Part shown: one piece after another, positions 45,757-60,098 of the stretch
Numbering within the stretch: the stretch's first letter is position 1
How the letters are laid out: each line of letters opens with the position of its first letter
From: Stegostoma tigrinum
Taxonomy: Eukaryota
Reading direction: 5' to 3'
DNA: 64,000 bases
Assembly (NCBI RefSeq): GCF_030684315.1
Contig: NC_081361.1
Span: forward strand, 41,461,045-41,525,044
Position numbers and translations under genes: made by a program
Notes under the pieces: generated by a model
Databases searched by the model: none
The model's input: only the letters and a program-made list of their open reading frames with translations
What the model was told of the DNA's origin: nothing

Positions 45757-48405
45757 ATAGAGCCATGGAAATAGTCTCTTTGGTCCAACCTGTCCATGCC
45801 GACCAAATATCCTAAGTTAAACTAGCCCCATTTGCCAGCAGAGATAATGGGAACTGCAGATGCTGGAGAATCCGGGATAACAAAGTGTGGAGCTGGATGA
45901 ACACAGCAGGCCAAGCAGCATCTTAGGAGCACAAAAGCTGACGTCAGCTTTTGTGCTCCTAAGATGCTGCTTGGCCTGCTGTGTTCATCCAGCTCCACAC
46001 TTTGTTATCTCATTTGCCAGCATTTGGCCCATACCACTCTAAAATCTTTCTATTCACATATCCACCAAGATGCCTTTTAAATGTTGCAATTGTATCAGTG
46101 TCTGCCACTTCCTCTGGCAGCTCATTCCATGCACACACCACTCTGTGTGTGAAAAAGTTGTCCCTTAGGTCCCTTTTGTATCTTTCTCCTCTCACCTTGA
46201 ACCTATTCTCTACAGTTTTGGACACCGTATAAGGACGTCTATAAGGTCACCCCTCAGCCTCTGAAGCTCCATGGAAAATAGCCCCAGCCTAATCAGCCTC
46301 TCCCTTTGGGTCAAACTCTCCAACCCTGGCAACATCCTGGTAAATCTTTTCGGAGCCTTTTTAATTTTCACAACGCCTTTACTATAGCAAGGAGACCAGA
46401 ATTGCGTGCAGTATTCCAGAAGTAGTCTAACCACTGTCCTGTACAGCCACATCATGTCCTCCTAACTCCTGTACTCAAAGAACTGACCAATAAAGGCAAT
46501 AACACGAAACACCTTCTTTACTATCCTGTATCCTTGCCACTCTACTTTCAAGGGACGATGAACCTGCACTTCAAGGCCCCTTTCAGCAACACTTCCCAGG
46601 ACCTTACCATTAAGTGTATAAGTCCTGCCCTGATTTGCCTTTCCAAAATGCAGCACCTCACATTTATCTAAATTAAACTCTGTCTGCCACTCCTGAGTCC
46701 TTGACCTATTTGATCAAGATCCCATTGCACTCTGAGCTAACCTTCTGTCTGTCCACTACACCTCCAATTTTGGTGTCATCTGCAAACTTACTAACCATAC
46801 CTCCTATGTTCACATCCAAATCATTTATATAAATAATGAAAAGCAATGAACCCAGCACCGATCTTTGTGGCACACTGCTGGTCACAGGCCTCCAGTCTGA
46901 AAAGCAACCCTCCACCACTAACCTCTGTTCTACTTTTGAGCCAGTTCTGTATCAAAATGGATAGTTCTCCCTGTATTCCAAACAATCTAACCTTGCTAAC
47001 CAGCATACCATGAGGAATCCTGTCGAACGCCTTACTGAAGTCCATATGTATCACGTCCACTGCTCTGCCCTCATCAATCCTCTTCGTTACTACTTCAGAA
47101 GACTCAATCAAGTTAGTATGACACAATTTCCCATACACAAAGCCAGGTTGACTCTCCCTAATCAGTCCTTGTCTTTCCAAATACATGTAAGTCCTATCCC
47201 TCAGCATTCCCTCCAGCAACATGCCCACCAGTTATGTCAGGCTGACTGGTCTACATTTCCCTGGCCTTTCCTTACCACCTTTCTTAAACAGTGGCACCGC
47301 GTCAACCAACCTCCAATCTTCCAACACCACACCTGTGGCTATTGATGATGCAAGTAACTCAGCAAGGGGCCCAGCAAACACATCCCTAGCTTCCCGTGGA
47401 GTTTTAGAGTGCATCTAATCAGGTCATGGGGATTTTACCCATCTTTTATGCATTTTAAAATGTGCACCACCACCACCACTGCTGTAATATGGACATTTTC
47501 AAGATGTCACTATTTATTTCCCCACGTTCTCTATCGTTCATGTCCTTCTCCACAGTAAACACTGATGCAAAATACTTGCTTAGTATCTCCCCCATCTCCT
47601 GGAGTTCCATACATAGGTAGCATTGATTTTTAAGGGGCCCTAGTTACTCTTCCGTCCTTAATGTATTTATAGAATCCCTTTGGAGTCTTCTTAACCCTAT
47701 TTGCCATAGCTATTGCATGCCCCCCTTTTACCTTCTTGATTTCCCTCTTACTTATACCCGTACCGTCTTTACACTTTTCTAGGGAGTCACTCGATCCCTC
47801 CTGTATGTACCTGACATATGCTTCCTTTTTATTCTTGACCAAAGTCTCAATTTCTCTAGTCATCCAACTTTTTTACACATACTAGCCTTTCCCTTCATCC
47901 TAACAGGAACATACTGTCTCTGAACTCTCATTATCCCATTTTTGAAGGCTTCCCACTTTCCAGCCATCCCTTTACCTGCAAACATCCATCCCGATCAACT
48001 TTTGAAAATTCTCGTCTAATACTGTCAAAATTGGCCTTCCTGTAATTTAGAATTTTAACTTTTAGGTCAGGTCTATTCTTTTCTATCACTATTTTGAAAC
48101 TAAATGGATTATGGTAATTGGCCCCGAAAGTGCTCACCCACATTCACCTCAAGTCACCTGCTCTGCCTGATTTCCCAAGAGTCGGTCAAGTTTTGCACCT
48201 TCTCTAGTAGGTACATCCACATACTGAATCAGAAAATGTTCTTATACATATTTGACAAATTCCTCTCAATCCAAGCCCTTTACACTATGGCAATCACAGT
48301 CAATGTTTGGAAAGTTAAAATCCCTACCATAACCATGCTATTATTCTTACACATACTGAGATCTCCTTGCAAATTTGTTCCTTCATTTTCTGCTGACTAT
48401 TAGGG
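45757..48405 (-). mobile_element. CR1 LINE (endonuclease through RT, decayed) in the intron after the first YIPF1 coding exon
   Basis: PLFKKG.KE.PG..RPVSLT, MDFSKAFD, SKFADDTKIGG and RLRGDLI. Confidence 0.92.
45841..46010. mobile_element. 170-bp fold-back Penelope-derived insertion centred on ACGT
   Basis: About 67-bp arms around 45942/45943; 12-bp TSD CATTTGCCAGCA at 45829-45840 and 46011-46022. Confidence 0.9.
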
Positions 48406-49444
48406 GTTCCGCTCTATAATCTCAATGAGGCAATCATTATTGTTAGTGTTTTTACCATCCAAGTTAACTGCTGCTTTGATTGCAAACAAATTTGATTCTT
48501 ACTTCCCTTCAATTTCCAATTTCTGTGCAGTTCAAAATTTGCCTCTTTTCAAAGCAGATTGAACCTTGGCTTTTAGTACAATTTAGTATTCGGTCATTTT
48601 GCAACGTGTACAATACCAGACGTGAGACACCAGTTGGCACAAACACACACAAGGCATTTCCTTAAAGTGGTATTGAGATAAAGTGTACTCTATGTGCATG
48701 TGCATGGCCCCTGAATAATTTGTGAATGACTCAAAAAAGTTTTAGTCTTAAGATGAAAGTTATTTTACTGTAAAATACTGCCGTATGTTACTTAAGTATA
48801 AGTAATAAAATTACTTGGTAAATATGTACAAGAATGAAAAGCAGCTGAAATAAAATATATGTATACAGGTGAAATTCATGTCATGTGTTAGTATGCAGGC
48901 TGGCCGCTTTCGATTTATAGTGTTGGATGATTGGAATAAAGAGTTGTGTTCAACAGCTTTGGCGGCTTATGTAGTTTAATATTGCCTTTGTAATGAACTC
49001 AGGGTGGAGCAGTTTACAGAGCATATGGAAGTTCCATTTCTTTATTGGTCTGTCAACATAACGTTTTAAAACTGCCTGAATTTCTCTTTAGTAAAACAAG
49101 GAAGATTTCTGGTCAGCCCTGTGTAACTTGCAATGTGAGAGAGAAAATTCAACCCTCACATGCTGAGTAGTTCAGCTGAGTTTGGTGCTGAAGCTGTCTT
49201 TACAGGTTCTACTGAGATCTCAGATCTTGCACACAATGGCTGTTCCCAGCTAGATTTTAATACAGTTCAAAATCTGAAATGGCTGCTCTTCGATATTAGA
49301 TATTGGATTAGCCCAAATCTTGATGTAGTTCCATCCACTTTTTTAGACAAGTTATTTTTTAAACCGACTCAGTCATGAACTTGAGCAGTTTGATGACAGG
49401 AAAGAGCTTTGCACACCTCCAGGAAGGCCATTGTTAATGAGGCA

Positions 49445-50229
49445 AAAGGACAAAATTTGGCAGATGTAATATAAATGAGGAAATGTGAAGCTATGCACTT
49501 TGGTAGGAATAATAAAAGAGCAGAATATTATTTAAATGGAGAAAGACTGCAAAAAGTTACCAAACAGAGAGACTTGGGAGTCCTTGTCCATGACTTTCAA
49601 AAAGCTAACGGAGAATAAAAGTGCGGAGATTTTGTTAAAACTATACCTGTCACTACTCTGACAACAGCTGGAATACTGTGAACAGTTTTGGGTTCCTTAT
49701 CTAAGAAAAGCTATACTAGCATTACAGGCAGTCTAGAGAAGATTCACGAGACTGACACCAAGTATGGAGACACTGTCTTATGAAGAGATGTTGAGTAGAT
49801 CGTGCCTGTACTCATTGACATATAGCAGATTGAAAGGTGGTGTTATTGAAGCCTGCAGGATTCTTCGGAGTCTTGACAGGGTATGTGTGGAATGGTTGTT
49901 TTCCCTTGTGGGGGAGTCTAGAATCAGAGGGCTTCATCTCAGAATAATGGATCGCACATTTAAATCATTTAAGATCAGAGATGAGGAGGAATTTCTTCTT
50001 TGAGTGTGGTGAATCTGTGAAATTCTTTACTGCAGAGGGCTGTTCAGGATCAGTCATTAACTATATTCAAGGCCAATATAAGCAAACTTTTAATTAGGAA
50101 GGAGATCCAGTGTTATAGGGAAAAGGCAGAAGAGTGAAGTCGAGGATTATTAAATCAGCCATGATCACATTAAGTTGCAGAGCAGACTTGAAAGATTGAA
50201 TAGTCCATTTCTGCTTCTCTGCCTTATGG
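49445..50229 (+). mobile_element. CR1 3' fragment
   Basis: LSYEEMLSR..LYSL...RLKG and LVGESRIRG. Confidence 0.8.
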
Positions 50230-50649
50230 AGATTCTATTTAACCCTATGGACTTGATCCTTCTTGAGATAAGTACAGTCTGTTACAATTCAGTTGAACCA
50301 ACAAAAGTCAAGTGATTTTTGGGAGCCATGTTTAATAGCACTTTTTGTGTCCATTTTTAAAAGGACATTAGAGTCGATTATGAAATTTATAATATGACTA
50401 CATATTGATGACAGCTATTGGTGAAATGGGTGAAAGTTGACTAGTGGTTCTAGGGCATGGAATAGTGACAGTGAAGCGAAAAGATTCACTGTCGGCTCCC
50501 TCTGATTCAGTATTCACTTTTGGAGACCTCAATGCTCATAATGTTATTAATTGAAATGTATTAGAACCTGCTTAATCAATTTACAACGCCAACTTATGTT
50601 TTGTTATGCCTTTATCATAGTCTAATTTTCCAAATGGTTTATAATACAG

Positions 50650-50813
50650 AGTTTGATGATGCCACAAACCTGCTGGCAGCAAACCCAGATGCTACCACAA
50701 TAAGTATCACAGACACCAATGATAAACCTAAAAATCAGAGAGGCCCACCAGGCAAGTTGGGAAGAGATGAGGATGAAGATTTGCTTGGGAATGAAGACTC
50801 TGATAAAGCAGAG
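50650..50813 (+). CDS. YIPF1: YIPF1 coding exon 2
   Basis: 164 nt; ANPDATT and LLGNEDSDKAE; acag/gtgagt. Confidence 0.95.
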
Positions 50814-51358
50814 GTGAGTAACTTTGGAATGGCAAATATACAAAAATTAAATTTATACTGTGTACCTCAAAATATAAGATGACTTTATGTTAATGGCTGT
50901 AAAATACATCACTTGAATTTTAGAACAAGTACATTAGGCCTAAAATACCTTAAAATTTTTCATTCATCGCTTCACCTATACACTTTAATATCAATGTAAT
51001 TTTACTCCAGAAACGCATGCAGTTATCCAGTCTGCTTCTTATTTCTCCCTGCACTGGTGGCCTTCCTTCAGTTTGCCTATTCATTTCATAGTTTAATTTT
51101 CAAGCTTGTAACAAGAAATGATTTGTGGTTATTTTTAATTATTTAAAAAGAATCATGATAATGTTTATTGATACTAATGATAAATGTAATTTGAGTTCTG
51201 CCTTCAGCTGTGTTCCCATACACTCCTCAATTTGCATTTACTTGAAAAAATATGGGTTTTCCAGAACTAAATTATGTGGGTTTCCTTTTGTAAAGAGAAA
51301 CTGCTAATTATTAGAACCTTTGTGACCAAGTTTGCCTTTACTTTTTTTCCCTGTACAG

Positions 51359-51439
51359 TTGCTTGCGGGACAAAAGAAGAGTGCTCCATTTTGGACATTT
51401 GATTATTATCAAACATTTTTTGATGTAGACACCTACCAG
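51359..51439 (+). CDS. YIPF1: YIPF1 coding exon 3 (LLAGQKKSAPFWTFDYYQTFFDVDTYQ)
   Basis: 81 nt; near-identical to recalled vertebrate YIPF1. Confidence 0.96.
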
Positions 51440-51783
51440 GTTGGTGAATTTTGGTTTCTCCACCAGGTACTTCTAATTATAGAAGAGATGAATAATAAAA
51501 AGGCAACATTTTAACTAATATGCATTTTAAAAGTTTTATTTATCTCAATCTCATTTTGTTCTCCCGTTCTGCCCAATGTAAACACTGATTTGTATTGTTG
51601 TTTGGTTCTATGAGTGTTAATTCTGTGGTTGTTAAATACTTTCTGGTGCTTTATGAAAATTACTGTCTTCACTCAATGAGTGACAGCAGAATATTGTTTG
51701 GTGGTGGAGCATTGTTATCCCATCCTACTCACTGTCCACATTCAAACAAGCAGTGATTGGGAAGGGAAGTCCTAGCTTTTATA

Positions 51784-53190
51784 CCGTAAGACATAGGAGC
51801 AGAAATCAGGCCATTCAGCCCGTCGAGTCTGCACAGCCATTCAGTCATGGCCGATAAGCTTCTCAATCCGTTCTCCCACTTTCTCCCTGTAACCCTTGAT
51901 CACCTTGACAATCAAAAACCTGTCTATCTCTATCTTAAATATACTCAATGACTTGGCCTCCACAGCCTTCAGTGGTGGCAAATTCCATAGATTCACCGCT
52001 CTCTGGCTGAAGAAGTTTCTCCTGTTCTAAAGAGTTTTCCCTTTACTTATTTTATGCAGCAGCCTCCTGTGCAGCACTTTGTCATAGGCCTTCTGAAAGT
52101 CAGGTAGATAATATCCATTAGGTGTCCTTGGTTCACCTCCTCAAAGAATTCTAACAGATTTGTCAGCCATGGTCTCCCCTTGATGAAACCATACTGCCTT
52201 TGCCCAGTTTTACCATGCAGTCCCAAGTATTCATAAATATTATCCTTCACAGTACACTCCAAATCTTACCAGTGACCGAGATCAAGCCAATCAACTGTTA
52301 TTTCTTGTCTTTTGCCTCACCACCTTCTTAAACAGGAGAGTTACATCCAGTCCTCTGCGACCATCCCTAACTCCAGTGATTCCTGAAAGATCACCACTAA
52401 CGTCTTCACTATCTCTTCAGAACTCCAGGATGTAGTCCATCTGGTTGAGATGATTTATCCACCTTCGGACCTTACAGTTTTTCTACCACCTTCTCCTTGG
52501 TGATGGCCACCATACTCGACTTTGCCCCCTGAATCTCTTGAATTTTTGGGATATTAACTCGTTTTCCACCGTGAAGACTGACACAAAGTACTTATTCAAT
52601 TCCTTAGCCATTTTTTTGTTCCCCATTACTACTTCTCCAGTGTCATTTTCCAGCGGCCCAATGCCCACTTTTGCCCTTTATATATCTGAAGTAACTCTTG
52701 CAATTTTCTTTTATATTACTGGCCAGCTTACCCTCATATTTAACCTTCTCCCTCTTTTTTTCTTTTCTCATTGCCCTCTGTTGGTCTTAATAGGTTACCA
52801 AATCTCCTGGCTTTCCACTACCTTTTGCCACATTATATACTTTCTGTTTTGCTTTCATGTCGTCTCTGTCTTCCCTTGTCAGCCACGTTTGCCTCATCTT
52901 CCCTTTAGTATGCTTCTTTTTCCTAGGAATGAATTTTTGCTGTGTCTCCCGAATTACTCCCAGAAACTCCTGCCATTGCCATTTCATTGTCTTTTCCTGC
53001 TAGGCTCCTCTCCCAGTTAATTCTGGTCAGCTAATGTCTATGTAGTTGCCTTTATTCAACTCTAATAGTGTTACATCTGATTGTACCTTTTCCTTCTCAA
53101 ATTGCAGAGTAAATTCTATCATATTATGGTCACTGCCTCCTTAAGGGTTCCTTCATCTTAAGCTCCCTTATCACGTCTGCCACATTGCAC
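51784..53190 (-). mobile_element. CR1 LINE fragment
   Basis: QYGFIKGR..LTNLLEFFEEV; MAKELNKYF.SVFT.E. Confidence 0.85.
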
Positions 53191-53580
53191 AACAATGTTT
53201 CTTGTTCTGCACAGAGTACTAAGTTCAAATGCTGTGCTTCAACTGTTTTTAATTTCAGTCATGGGTTGCGGACATTGCTGGATGGGCCAGTATTTATTGC
53301 CTATCCCTAGGTAATCTTCAGAAGGTTGTTGTGGTGAGGTGCCATCCTGAACCCCTACAGTCCATTTCGGTAATGATAGGCCCACAATGCCATTGGTGAC
53401 TGACTTTGAGGATTTTGACCCAGTGACACTGAAGGAATGGCAGTTTTATTTCCCAGTCAGGATGATAAGTGGGGCTTGGAAAGAAACTTACAACTGGTGA
53501 TTTTCAATGTTCCCTCTAAGCTGTGTAGCTGCACAGCCATTGATAAACTTCACACATAGCAGTGGTTTTCAGATGTATAG

Positions 53581-53748
<168 letters not shown>

Positions 53749-54106
53749 TAAGTATTGTTTATTTTGTAGTAACTAACATGAGAACTGAATGCCCTGTTAC
53801 CACTTTCAGCATAAGCCTATCTTATATCCCTATCAAATACAATGTGTAAGCAAAATTTTTCGATGCTAAATTTGAACAAAGGCTGTATTTGGGTCCAATA
53901 AATATCGTCATGGTTTATTCTCTGCAAATAAAATTAAAATACAGATGTGAAAATATTACTGCACTTCTTGGAAGGGAATTGGAGAGGCTCAGAAGACCAG
54001 AATGGAAGCTCATATATTTAGAGGAGGTAAGAAGGGAAAACAAATCCATGAATGAGTTTAGGAAAAGCAGAAATCATGGCCAAAAAATGAGCTCAATCAC
54101 AACTTA

Positions 54107-54482
54107 ACAAAGTGTGAAACTGGATGAACACGGCAGGCCAAGCAGCATCTCAGGAGCACAAAAGCTGACGTTTCGGGCCTAGACTCTTCATCTGAGAGGG
54201 GGATGGGGAGAGGGTTCTGGAATAAATAGGGAGAGAGGGGGAGGCAGACCGAAGATGGACAGAAAAGAAGATAGTTGGAGAGGAGAGTATAGGTGAAGAG
54301 GTAGGGGAGGGGATAGGTCAGTCCAGGGAAGACGGACAGGTCAAGGAGGCGGGATGAGGTAGTAGGTAGGAAATGGAGGTGTGGCTTGAGGTGGGAGGAA
54401 GGGATGGGTGAGAGGAAGAACAGGTTAGGGAGGCAGAGACAGGCTGGGCTGGTTTTGGGATGCAGTGGGGGGAGGGGACGAG
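54107..54482 (-). mobile_element. Penelope 3' fragment lacking the terminal tail
   Basis: Highly similar to 10790-11160; 9-bp TSD CACAACTTA at 54098-54106 and 54483-54491; core mutated to CAGATGA. Confidence 0.85.
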
Positions 54483-54733
54483 CACAACTTATTTTCTTTT
54501 ATTCTAAAATGCCTTTTACTTAAGCTGCCCAGCAGGAAATTCTGAAATCAAATATGTGTTTACATTGCGATAACTAACAGGAAAACCTGTGAATATTCCG
54601 TTTGTGAAAATTTCAAAACTGAAGGGAATTGTTGTTCTGTATTATTTATAATAAAGAAAAATGGAAGAGCACATTTCACTGCTTAAAGGCGTTGTTCTGT
54701 TCATTGGTTTTGCTTTTGAAATGTCTTAATTAG

Positions 54734-54850
54734 GTCCCTTTTGGATATGTGCCACACTGGTGTTTGCAATAGCGATAAGTGGCAACCTTGCAAATTTCTT
54801 CACTCACCGGGGTCAGCGTGGTTACCGCTATGTACCTGAGTTCCATAAAG
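54734..54850 (+). CDS. YIPF1: YIPF1 coding exon 5 (GPFWICATLVFAIAISGNLANFFTHRGQRGYRYVPEFHK)
   Basis: 117 nt; ttag/gtaaat. Confidence 0.96.
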
Positions 54851-56129
54851 GTAAATAGAAAACCCAGGTATTTTCTTCCTTAAATCATGCAGAAATGTGA
54901 TTTAATTGAGGAACAGTAGTTAGACCACACTGCATATGTAATATCAGCATATTATTGGATAATGAGCAATTGCTGTGTCCTTCCAATTCCCCACCTCTAC
55001 AATTCCATTTTAGGGGCAGTACTCAATGGGGACTAAAGACTTGTTTCTTCCAGCAAAGAAGCAGCCTCACACAAGCAGTCAGTGCATTTCCTGATGATTT
55101 CAAAATGTAATTGGTAGAGGCTGAGGAGCTGTTATAAAATCACACACTTAGGAGATGGAGCTTGTTGCATGTGATGAGGTAAAGAACTTTGTTGTGGTAG
55201 TGACAAAATTGATTGCAAAGTTCTTTATCTCACTATATGCATCAAGCTTATCTCCTGCTAAGAGTGTGAGCATATGACAACTCCACAGTCTCTGCCAATT
55301 CCATTTTGAAATCACCATTAGGAAAGTGCACTAACTGGTAGGGTGAGGCTGCTCTGTGCTGGATCAATGGTCTCATGCCCTGTACTGCATGTTTGTCCCA
55401 CTTGTGGCATCTTCACTGTTTCAATGAAAACATTTCTCAGTTCACAAAGAACCTTTGGAATGCTTTACCACCTTCATACTTCGTATAATCGATGTGCTTT
55501 TAAAACCCATCCACTACTTCATGCTTTCTTAATCATTTGCACTGTTTTCCAGTGCTGACAATATCTTGACTCTGGACTTTAGTTTCACACTCGGGATGTC
55601 CCACAGCATGTCAGAGTCAATTCTAAAGACTTGCATTTAGGGTATATCGTGTCTTTTATGAACATCAAACATCTCAAAATGCTTTACGGACCATGAAGCA
55701 CAATCACTGTTGTAATGTAGAGCACATGGCAAACAATCAATTTGTACACTTCAAACTCCAGCAATGTGATATTGACAAAGCACTATGTTGTTGTGATATT
55801 GTTTGAGGGATAGATATTGGACAGGATAGTGGAGTTAACTCCTCTGCTCTTTTAAATACTTTTTGATGTGTGCTTACTGCTGAAATGTAGGGCAATTAAG
55901 GCAGTAATATCTGAATAAGTTTATTGACGTGGTTGGTGGTAATGCTATCTATGTACATATTAATTAAGATAAATAGGATTTGCATTGGTAAATGAATCTA
56001 CAGCTTGAGACCATAAATTTAAGATTATCGTTATAGAGTGTGCTATAAGACATAGAATGTTTTATCAGTGGAAATAGAATCACCAACAGCTTTTAACAGC
56101 GATTTGGATGAATATCTGGAGATGTATGA

Positions 56130-56645
56130 AGTCATAGTGTTAGACAGCATGGAAACAGATCCTTCAATCTAACTGGCCCAGGCTGACCATGTTCCCAAAC
56201 CAAAATAGTCTCACTTGCTTGTGTTTGGTTCATATCCCTCCAGACCTATCCTACTGATGTACGTATCCAAGTGTCTTTTAAATGTTGTAACTGTACCTGC
56301 ATCCTCCACTTCCTCTGGCAGTTCATTCCCCATATGAACTCCTCTCTGTGTGAAAATGTTTCCCCTCATGTCCTTTTTAAATGTTTCTTCTCTCACCTTA
56401 AAAAATGCCCACTAGTTTTGAATTCCCTCACCCTATTCATCTTTTCTGATCCCCTCATGGTTTTATAAACCACTATAAGGTCACCCCTCAACCACCTCCA
56501 GTGGGGGGAAAAAAAAGTCCTAGTTTATCTTTATAATTCAAGTCCTCCATTCCTGGCAACATTCTGGTAAATATTTCCTGAACCCTCTCAAATTGAATAA
56601 TATCCTTCCTATAGCAGGATGTCCAGAACTGTACACAGTACTCCA
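56130..56645 (-). mobile_element. CR1 3' fragment
   Basis: EYCVQFW...RKDII..ERVQ; FTQR.V..NELPEEV. Confidence 0.8.
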
Positions 56646-58215
56646 CACAGGGAAGGTTTAGAGGAATGCAGAGTGCAGTTACTTTATTAACTTTTCTGTG
56701 GTGTAAGCCAAAGTAATAGGAAACAAATGCCAGTAAATGATTAAAGCTGTACTGCCCTTCTGAGCATATGGACATACTAATTAGGAGCTGAAGGAGGCCA
56801 TTGGCCATTTTGTCTCCAAAGTCAACAAGTTCTTCATTAAAATCTTGGATGATCAAATTGTGACTTCAACTCCACATGCTCACCATCCCTGATAACCCCT
56901 GACTTCTTGTTAGTTAAGAAATCCTGGCCTCAACTAACATCACCCTGAAGGGAACTCCAGGGTTATCAGAGGTAGGCTGTGTACACTTTACATCTGTTAA
57001 TTCTTGTTAATATGAGAAAGGAGACTAGAATCATTAAAAATCAAAACAATTCAATTTCCATTTGCAATCAGAATGACAAAAGTTGTGAATAAAGGGATTA
57101 GTAGCTGAAACTAAAAGAAAATTACTCTTCTCCACAAGTTGACTCCTGCAGAAGTTTCATAAATTCAGCGTTTTATTTTCAACAAGATTTACAGCTAGCT
57201 AGAAGAAAGGGTAGTTATAGCTTAATTGTAGGCTTGGGCTCATGGAACTAAAAATGCACTACGATATAAAGAAATATGGCTGTAATATACTTTTGAGCTG
57301 AAAAACAACTGGATTTGTATATCCACCTATGGAAATTTATGTGATCCTTCTATTACATTCAGTTCTGTAACAGAAAGCTGATCTACATATATGGATGACC
57401 TGCTTAGGAATTACTGTGAAGGAAGTGAGTAGTGAAACATACTTAAGTGAAGTGTGTATTCATGCAATTTTTTACCTGGTAATGCACACCCGAACAGTTA
57501 AAACACAAAAGTTAACCTAATGCATTTTCAGTTATGCAATGGGAAAAGAAAAATTGCAGTCAAAACTCATCCTCAGCTTGTCAATGCTATTAAATAATCC
57601 ACATGAGACTGTGTGATGCAGTGTTAAAGTATTCTGTTCCAGTCCAATGGATGGAATGCCTATCTATTGTGTTCTCTTCAAGAATTCTAAATGGAAGAAC
57701 ACTAAGCAAGCTGTGCCCAGTCCCAATTGAGCACAAATCCATAATCTCTTCTTCTGATAATCCCCAGATTCCATTATTGTGAAGCAAAATTTAAGTAATG
57801 TCTTTTTGTGAAATTATTATCCAAAAATAGGAAAAGCCTGAACATTTTTTGTTTAACCAATATGCATTGTGAAACCTGTTTCATGGTTTAATAGAAACTG
57901 TATTCACCAGTTATAAAATATGGAATCACCATTATATGATGAATGATTTCTTGCAACTTTTTTTTAAGAAGACATTCATTCCACATCACCTACTAGACAA
58001 AGCCACAGAATTGCTAATTTGCTTTTACTCACTTAGTCAGTTTTACTCTGTTGTAGATCAAATTCACAACATGGCAAAACCAGAAAACAAGAATTAAAGA
58101 TTGTAAAGTGAATATTAGTGTTAGAAAAATTTTGTACTTAATTTCTCTTAGAGATTTCAGTAAGTAGTAAAGTAAATTTGTAAATGTTACAATGTAACTA
58201 CACTTTTCTTTGTAG

Positions 58216-58382
58216 TTTCTATAGCAGCTACGGCTATCTATACCTATGCCTGGCTCGTTCCTCTCGCTCTGTGGGGCTTTCTAATGTGGAGAAATAATAA
58301 AGTGATGAACATTGTGTCGTATTCATTCCTGGAGATAGTGTGCGTCTATGGATACTCACTGTTTATTTACATCCCCACTGCA
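58216..58382 (+). CDS. YIPF1: YIPF1 coding exon 6 (VSIAATAIYTYAWLVPLALWGFLMWRN...YGYSLFIYIPTA)
   Basis: 167 nt; YGYS motif; tgtag/gtaagt. Confidence 0.96.
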
Positions 58383-58477
58383 GTAAGTATGTCTTTCTTC
58401 CTATGAAAGAGGGAGTTAAAGTATGAAATGGGAGATGAGTCTAGGTACAAAAGTATTTGTGGATTAACACATTTGAT

Positions 58478-59000
58478 CATAAGAAGTAGGTGCAGGAGTA
58501 AGTCATTAGGCCCTTGAGCCTGCGATGCAATTCAATAGGGTCATAAATGATCCAACATTCCTCATGTCTACTTTGCTGAGTTTTCCTCGTAAACCTTGAT
58601 TCCCTGACTGATGAAGAATCTATCATCTCAGCCTTAAATGTGTGCAAGGATTCTGTCTCTACAGCTCTCTGAGGCAGGGAGTTCTAAAGACTCCCAACTC
58701 TCTGGGAGGATGAATTCCTCAACTCAGTCTTAAATTGCTTAAATTGGATGACCCTTAATTCTGAGTCTATGCCCTGTGGTCCTATACTGTCCATAAGGTG
58801 AAATATCCTCTCAGCATTTGCCCTGTCAGGCCCCTTAAGAATCCTGTATATTTCAATGAGATCACCTTTCATTCTTCTAAACCCCATTGAATAGAGTCCC
58901 AGCCTGTTTAGCCTTCGCTCATAAGACAATCCTTCCATACCAGGGATCATTGTACTGAACCTTCTCTGAATTGCCTCCAATGAAATGATATCTTTCCTTA
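58478..59000 (-). mobile_element. CR1 3' fragment
   Basis: LRKDIISLEAIQRRF..MIPGMEGLSYE.RL.RLGLYS. Confidence 0.85.
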
Positions 59001-59915
59001 GAACTTTAGAAGAATAGGAAATACAAATATGAAGGTGTGGAAATCTTATCAATAAAATACAGATAAAAAAACGATTGACATGAGGATTTCGGTCCTGTGA
59101 AGTATTGAAATTGTCTGGTTCTAGCTATGATCTTCAGCATTGGAAGCTGTTTACTACCTGTAAGGGAGGAACAGAAAGCTGAAGGAACTACAGATCAGAA
59201 AAAGAGGTACAAAAGTCGGCATTAGATGATTTTTTTGCATATCTTAACAGCTGGATATCTTGGTGGTTTTGGCTGACTGGATTTAAGACACAGTGTCCTC
59301 TAATATTGAACTGTTATGTCCAACTTGAAGATCTGTATCGAACATTAGTTAAGCACTTTAAAGACTCTTGAAAAGACTGAACTCTGGCTAAGCTGAGTTT
59401 CTTTTTAATGTTGTAAGTGAAGAGTGAGCGAAAACTGATCATTATTCTAATGCCGACTTCAAACCTGAAAATGTGCTGAAATCATAGTTGATCTCAGAGG
59501 GGAGCAGAACAGATCAAAGGAAAGATTGGAAGTCTGGCTTCAATAAGGGAGGGAAATAGGTTGGAAGATCTCTTGGATGTCAGTGCTGTTCTGAATTACT
59601 CCAAGTTGGAATTTTTTACCCCAGGGGATTTTGCAAATGAGGCCATCTATGTATCTGAATAACTTTATGAATTTTAATACCAGTTAGGAGTTACATGGGT
59701 AGATGTCTGACCTAATGGCACATTGTCCATTTCAGCATGCAAGGCCAGGGCTTTTTTAAAATTGCATTTGTCCTAGTTATTGCTACAAACTATTTAATTG
59801 GAATTAATGTTTCAGAAATGTAATCAACTGTGGCAAAGAGGAAGAAAGAATTAAATTTGTGAGGTTGTTTCAGGACAGCTCTGATGTGAGCAAGTAACTT
59901 CTCTTTGTGTTGCAG

Positions 59916-60098
59916 GTGCTATGGATTATTCCAAATGAGATTGTACGATGGATTACGATTGTGCTGGCCATGTGCCTCTCAGGCACCGTGCTGTTGATGA
60001 CCTTTTGGCCAGCTGTCCGTGATGATAGCCAGAGAATTGCCATAGCAACTATTGCAGTCATTCTGATCCTTCATGCCCTGCTTGCAGTTGGCTGTAAG
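59916..60098 (+). CDS. YIPF1: YIPF1 coding exon 7 (VLWIIP...MTFWPAVRDD...LLAVGCK)
   Basis: 183 nt; tgcag/gtacga. Confidence 0.96.
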
